Below, in pieces: positions 59,130 to 64,000 of a stretch of 64,000 nucleotides of DNA. The stretch spans positions 706,379-770,378 of the forward strand of contig CBDANZ010000005.1 in the NCBI GenBank assembly GCA_965197865.1, written 5' to 3'. Made by a program: the position numbers and the translations under genes. This DNA is from Vicinamibacterales bacterium. GTDB lineage: Bacteria > Acidobacteriota > Vicinamibacteria > Vicinamibacterales > CAVVIG01. Within the stretch, counting starts at the first letter, position 1. Every line of letters begins with the position of its first letter. The notes under the pieces are model-generated. The model was not told the origin of the DNA, searched no databases, and saw nothing but the letters and a program-made list of their open reading frames with translations.

Positions 59130-60572
59130 CTAGGGGCGGCCTGACCGCCGTCGCCCGGGCGCCGCAGCTCCGCCTGAACCTGGCGCTTGTTGCGCCGGCG
59201 CGGCCCTTGGGGCGGCGCCGCGTGGCGTCGCGCTCATGGCCGGCGGCGACGCCGATCGCGACGGCCTCGGCGGCGACGGTGGGATACGTAACGGCTCAGT
59301 CCGAGAAGCGCTGGGAGCGGCGCGCCGACTGCCCACTGATGACCGTCGACTGTCGAGTGCCGGTTGAGGACCAACGACTAAGGAGCGTGGTCCGGCCACG
59401 CCACAGTTCCGCTGTCTTGCGGTCGCGATCGCCGCCGACTGCGGCGACGTCATCCCAAGTCGTGGAACCGCGTGCGGCGGAGACACAGGCGGCTTGGATG
59501 AGACGGTGAAGGAGGTGTTCGCCGGAATCACCTCCGGGGCGACCGCATATTTGTGTGCGACGAATTCATAACCACCGAAGAAGGGTGAGGGCACCTGAAC
59601 CCACCCGGTCCACGGATTGCCGAAGACCATCGTCAGGGCAAAGACAGGTCCGCCGTCGAACCCAAGCGGACACCAGCCGACAAATCCCGGCGCTGCCGAC
59701 CAGGCCACCCAGGCCGGCGCCCAGTGCCGGTCAGGGATCCAGAACCATTTATTTTGTGCGAAGCCCCAGCGGCCGTAGTGATGCATGGGCCAGGCCCGGA
59801 TGTCGTGGCCGATCCACGTCCATCCGTACGGACGAAGCGAGGCCCAGTAGCCGCGGTAGTACGGGCGCCACGTCGGTGCGACGGCGGGATACCACACGTA
59901 GCCGTGCGGCTGCTGGTAGTACCACGAACCGTATCGATCGAATGTGCCGCTGTACATGTGCAAGTCTCGCGGCAAGTACTGCGCCGACCGAGTTCCGAGG
60001 CGTGCCTCGCGCCGCTGGGTCAACCAGCGATCGAAGGCATCGAACCGCGCGGAGTTGAATGGAAACGGATAACTTGGCGCTGCAAGGTCGCGCGCCAGCG
60101 TTCGCTCGCCGTCTCCCGCCGTCGTCGACCCGTGCTCGGTCGAAAGCGACGTGGATCCGCGGAAGACCGCAAGCTCGATCTCGGGCCCGCCCGGCGCCGA
60201 AAGAAGCGCCACGCGATATTCGCCTGGACCGTTGGTGGTAGCCGACGCGACCGGCGTGTCGATCTGATACCGGACCGTCCTCGACGGATCGGAGGAGCCG
60301 GCCACGACGAGCATGACGCGACCCTCCGTCAGTCGGAGCAGCGTTGGGGACTGAAGATCGAGCACACCGAACTGGTCGAGGTTGAGCGCCGAGCCGTCAG
60401 GAAACAATACCTCCACGCGACCTTGTGTCGTACGGAGACGATTGCCAGGCAGGAACGGCTCGCCGGCGGCCGCCGACTGCGCCTGCCCTTCGCGTTCGAG
60501 CATCGCGGTTCCGTCAACAAATGCCACGTGTGCTGGAGGCGGCTCCTGTGCGCGCGCCACAGAAACAGTCAC
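59130..60572 (-). CDS. FecR-like / DUF6600-like secreted protein; the true start is probably upstream (60637) but out of frame
   Basis: Trp/Tyr-rich repeat region (YGSWYYQQPHGYVWYPAV..WRPYYRGYW..GWTWIG..HHYGRW..WAPAWVAW). The signal peptide RTSLLVPALLSVTVSVARA continues upstream in frame. The only ATG (60637) is offset by 1 nt across a G6 run (60618-60623). Confidence 0.55.
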   Translation of the reverse strand: MTVSVARAQEPPPAHVAFVDGTAMLEREGQAQSAAAGEPFLPGNRLRTTQGRVEVLFPDGSALNLDQFGVLDLQSPTLLRLTEGRVMLVVAGSSDPSRTVRYQIDTPVASATTNGPGEYRVALLSAPGGPEIELAVFRGSTSLSTEHGSTTAGDGERTLARDLAAPSYPFPFNSARFDAFDRWLTQRREARLGTRSAQYLPRDLHMYSGTFDRYGSWYYQQPHGYVWYPAVAPTWRPYYRGYWASLRPYGWTWIGHDIRAWPMHHYGRWGFAQNKWFWIPDRHWAPAWVAWSAAPGFVGWCPLGFDGGPVFALTMVFGNPWTGWVQVPSPFFGGYEFVAHKYAVAPEVIPANTSFTVSSKPPVSPPHAVPRLGMTSPQSAAIATARQRNCGVAGPRSLVVGPQPALDSRRSSVGSRRAAPSASRTEPLRIPPSPPRPSRSASPPAMSATPRGAAPRAAPAQQAPGSGGAAAPGRRRSGRP

Positions 60573-60807
60573 TGACAGCAGCGCTGGAACGAGCAGACTT
60601 GTACGTGGACCTACGAAGGGGGGCGCGGAAAATCCATAGACCGCCTCGTACGAGGAGGGGCAGGACTGGCTAGCAAATCAATGATACCGCGATAAGCAGG
60701 CAACCCCCTTGAACTTCTTGTGGCTTTGATAGTGACAACAACATACTCAGGTTATATACTCTGGACCACATCAGGCATACCGGGCGGTCCCGGTTCACGG
60801 GGGCAGC

Positions 60808-62748
<1,941 letters not shown>

Positions 62749-62760
62749 GAGCGTGCTCTC

Positions 62761-63852
62761 ATGGATTTCTATGTCCTGCTTGGTGTCGAGCGCAGTGCGT
62801 CGCCGAACGACATCAGGCGCGCGTATAAGCGGCTCGCCCGCCGGTACCATCCGGACATCAATCCTGGCGATCACATTGCGGTGGAACAGTTCCGGCAAAT
62901 TGCCGAAGCGTACGAAACGCTGAGCGATGCGGCCCGCCGGCGGCAGTACGACACGGCGGGGCCGAGCGGTCCCGCCGCCGAGCACCCCACGTTCGGGTTT
63001 GAAGGCTTCGACTTCTCGGTCAGCGTGAGCGGCGAATCGGCGCCCACCTTCGGCGATCTGTTTGCCGACGTGCTGCACCGCGGCGCGCGCCGAAGAGACG
63101 GCGAGCCCGAGCGCGGCTCAGACCTGTATCAGTCGCTTGCCTTGTCCTTCGAGGAGGCGGTGCGAGGCGGACAATGGTCCATGGCGGTGACGCGGCAGGT
63201 GTACTGCCGCACGTGCCGGGGGGCCGGCCACCTGCCGACGACAGAAGGCCGGTGTGGCGTCTGTTCCGGCAGCGGCTTTGTGAAGTCGGCTCGCGGTCAC
63301 ATGGTGTTCTCGAAGCCGTGCCCGCAGTGTCGCGGGAGCGGGCGGCAGGCCGAGGGGCGGTGCACGACCTGCGGTGGCGACCAGATGGAGACACGGACCG
63401 AGCCGCTGATCATTCAGGTGCCGCCTGGGCTGGCCGACCGCGCGCGCGTCCGCGTGCCGGGCAAAGGGTATGCGGGCAGAAACGGGGGCGGGGCCGGCGA
63501 CCTCTACGTCACCATCTTGGTCGAGCCGCATCCGCTGTTCCGTCGCGAGGGCGGCGATCTTCACATGGTCGTCCCGATCGCGATTCACGAGGCCGCACTT
63601 GGCGCGAAGATGGACGTGCCGTCGCTCGACGGCCACACGCGGCTGCGCGTGCCACCCGGGACCCAGTCGGGGCAGCGCTTCCGGCTGCGCGAACGCGGCG
63701 TCAGGTCGGTGCGCGGCCAGCGCCGCGGCGATCTGGTCGTCGAAGTGCGGCTGGTGCTGCCCAGGCTGCTCGATGAGCGGTCGAAGGAGCTGTTGAGGGA
63801 GTTCGGGCGGATTAACGGCGAGGACGTCAGAAGAGACCTGAACAGGAGCTAA
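62761..63852 (+). CDS. dnaJ: molecular chaperone DnaJ
   Basis: J domain (YHPDINPGD), a short G-rich region, and four CxxCxG zinc-finger repeats. Confidence 0.95.
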   Translation: MDFYVLLGVERSASPNDIRRAYKRLARRYHPDINPGDHIAVEQFRQIAEAYETLSDAARRRQYDTAGPSGPAAEHPTFGFEGFDFSVSVSGESAPTFGDLFADVLHRGARRRDGEPERGSDLYQSLALSFEEAVRGGQWSMAVTRQVYCRTCRGAGHLPTTEGRCGVCSGSGFVKSARGHMVFSKPCPQCRGSGRQAEGRCTTCGGDQMETRTEPLIIQVPPGLADRARVRVPGKGYAGRNGGGAGDLYVTILVEPHPLFRREGGDLHMVVPIAIHEAALGAKMDVPSLDGHTRLRVPPGTQSGQRFRLRERGVRSVRGQRRGDLVVEVRLVLPRLLDERSKELLREFGRINGEDVRRDLNRS

Positions 63853-63871
63853 AACACGGGTTTGGCGGCCC

Positions 63872-64000
63872 ATGAAGAAAAGCGGTAAGGCCTACTTCAT
63901 GATCAGTGCGGTGGCGCAGAAGTACAACGTCCATCCGCAGACGCTGCGCCTCTACGAGCGCGAAGGGCTGCTGAAGCCTTCGCGCACCGAAGGGAACACG
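63872..64000 (+). CDS. hspR: MerR-family heat-shock repressor HspR (5' partial; runs off the window)
   Basis: YFMISAVAQKYNVHPQTLRLYEREGLLKPSRTEGNT, located directly after dnaJ. Confidence 0.8.
   Translation, partial: MKKSGKAYFMISAVAQKYNVHPQTLRLYEREGLLKPSRTEGNT

Noticed and set aside
60700-60775. Possible HAIR (HspR) operator from CTTGAAC ... ACTCAGG upstream of dnaK.
   Set aside because: The half-sites are about 50 nt apart rather than N7, and each deviates from the consensus.

Overview
High-GC bacterial chromosomal segment. I found no rRNA, tRNA or CRISPR by eye, and no recognisable defence or other novel multi-gene system. The gene mix (TonB, SPOR, MacAB-TolC, ECF sigma, DUF4390-NtrY/NtrX, DUF6600, long IspH, both HrcA/CIRCE and HspR) suggests Acidobacteriota or a similar soil phylum, but that is a weak inference. 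Most of the window is housekeeping: tesA-ybbA-ybbP, dksA-like/folK, pckA, gatB, ftsEX, rnr, selB, tatA, groESL, purC, nrdR, pgpA-cinA, argS, mobA, lnt, prfB, PBP1A and dnaK-dnaJ-hspR. The unusual part is the amount of gene damage. There is an intact IS3 element, an IS3 orfA relic, a decayed IS903-like element just upstream of the tolC-macAB operon, and a decay patch at 1-7190. I count six in-frame stop codons and at least 18 frameshifts in otherwise recognisable genes. Lesions cluster in dispensable genes (cyclase, GYD, pgi-like, CpxP-like, ntrY-like, IS relic). Single indels also hit prfB and ftsE, often at G/C homopolymers, so real pseudogenes and consensus errors are probably mixed. Other signals are a canonical prfB +1 frameshift site, CIRCE plus a consensus promoter at groESL, a double-hairpin REP-like repeat (2.5 copies), short tandem repeats, and long G/C homopolymers inside coding regions. 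All homology calls come from motif recognition by eye, with no database search.
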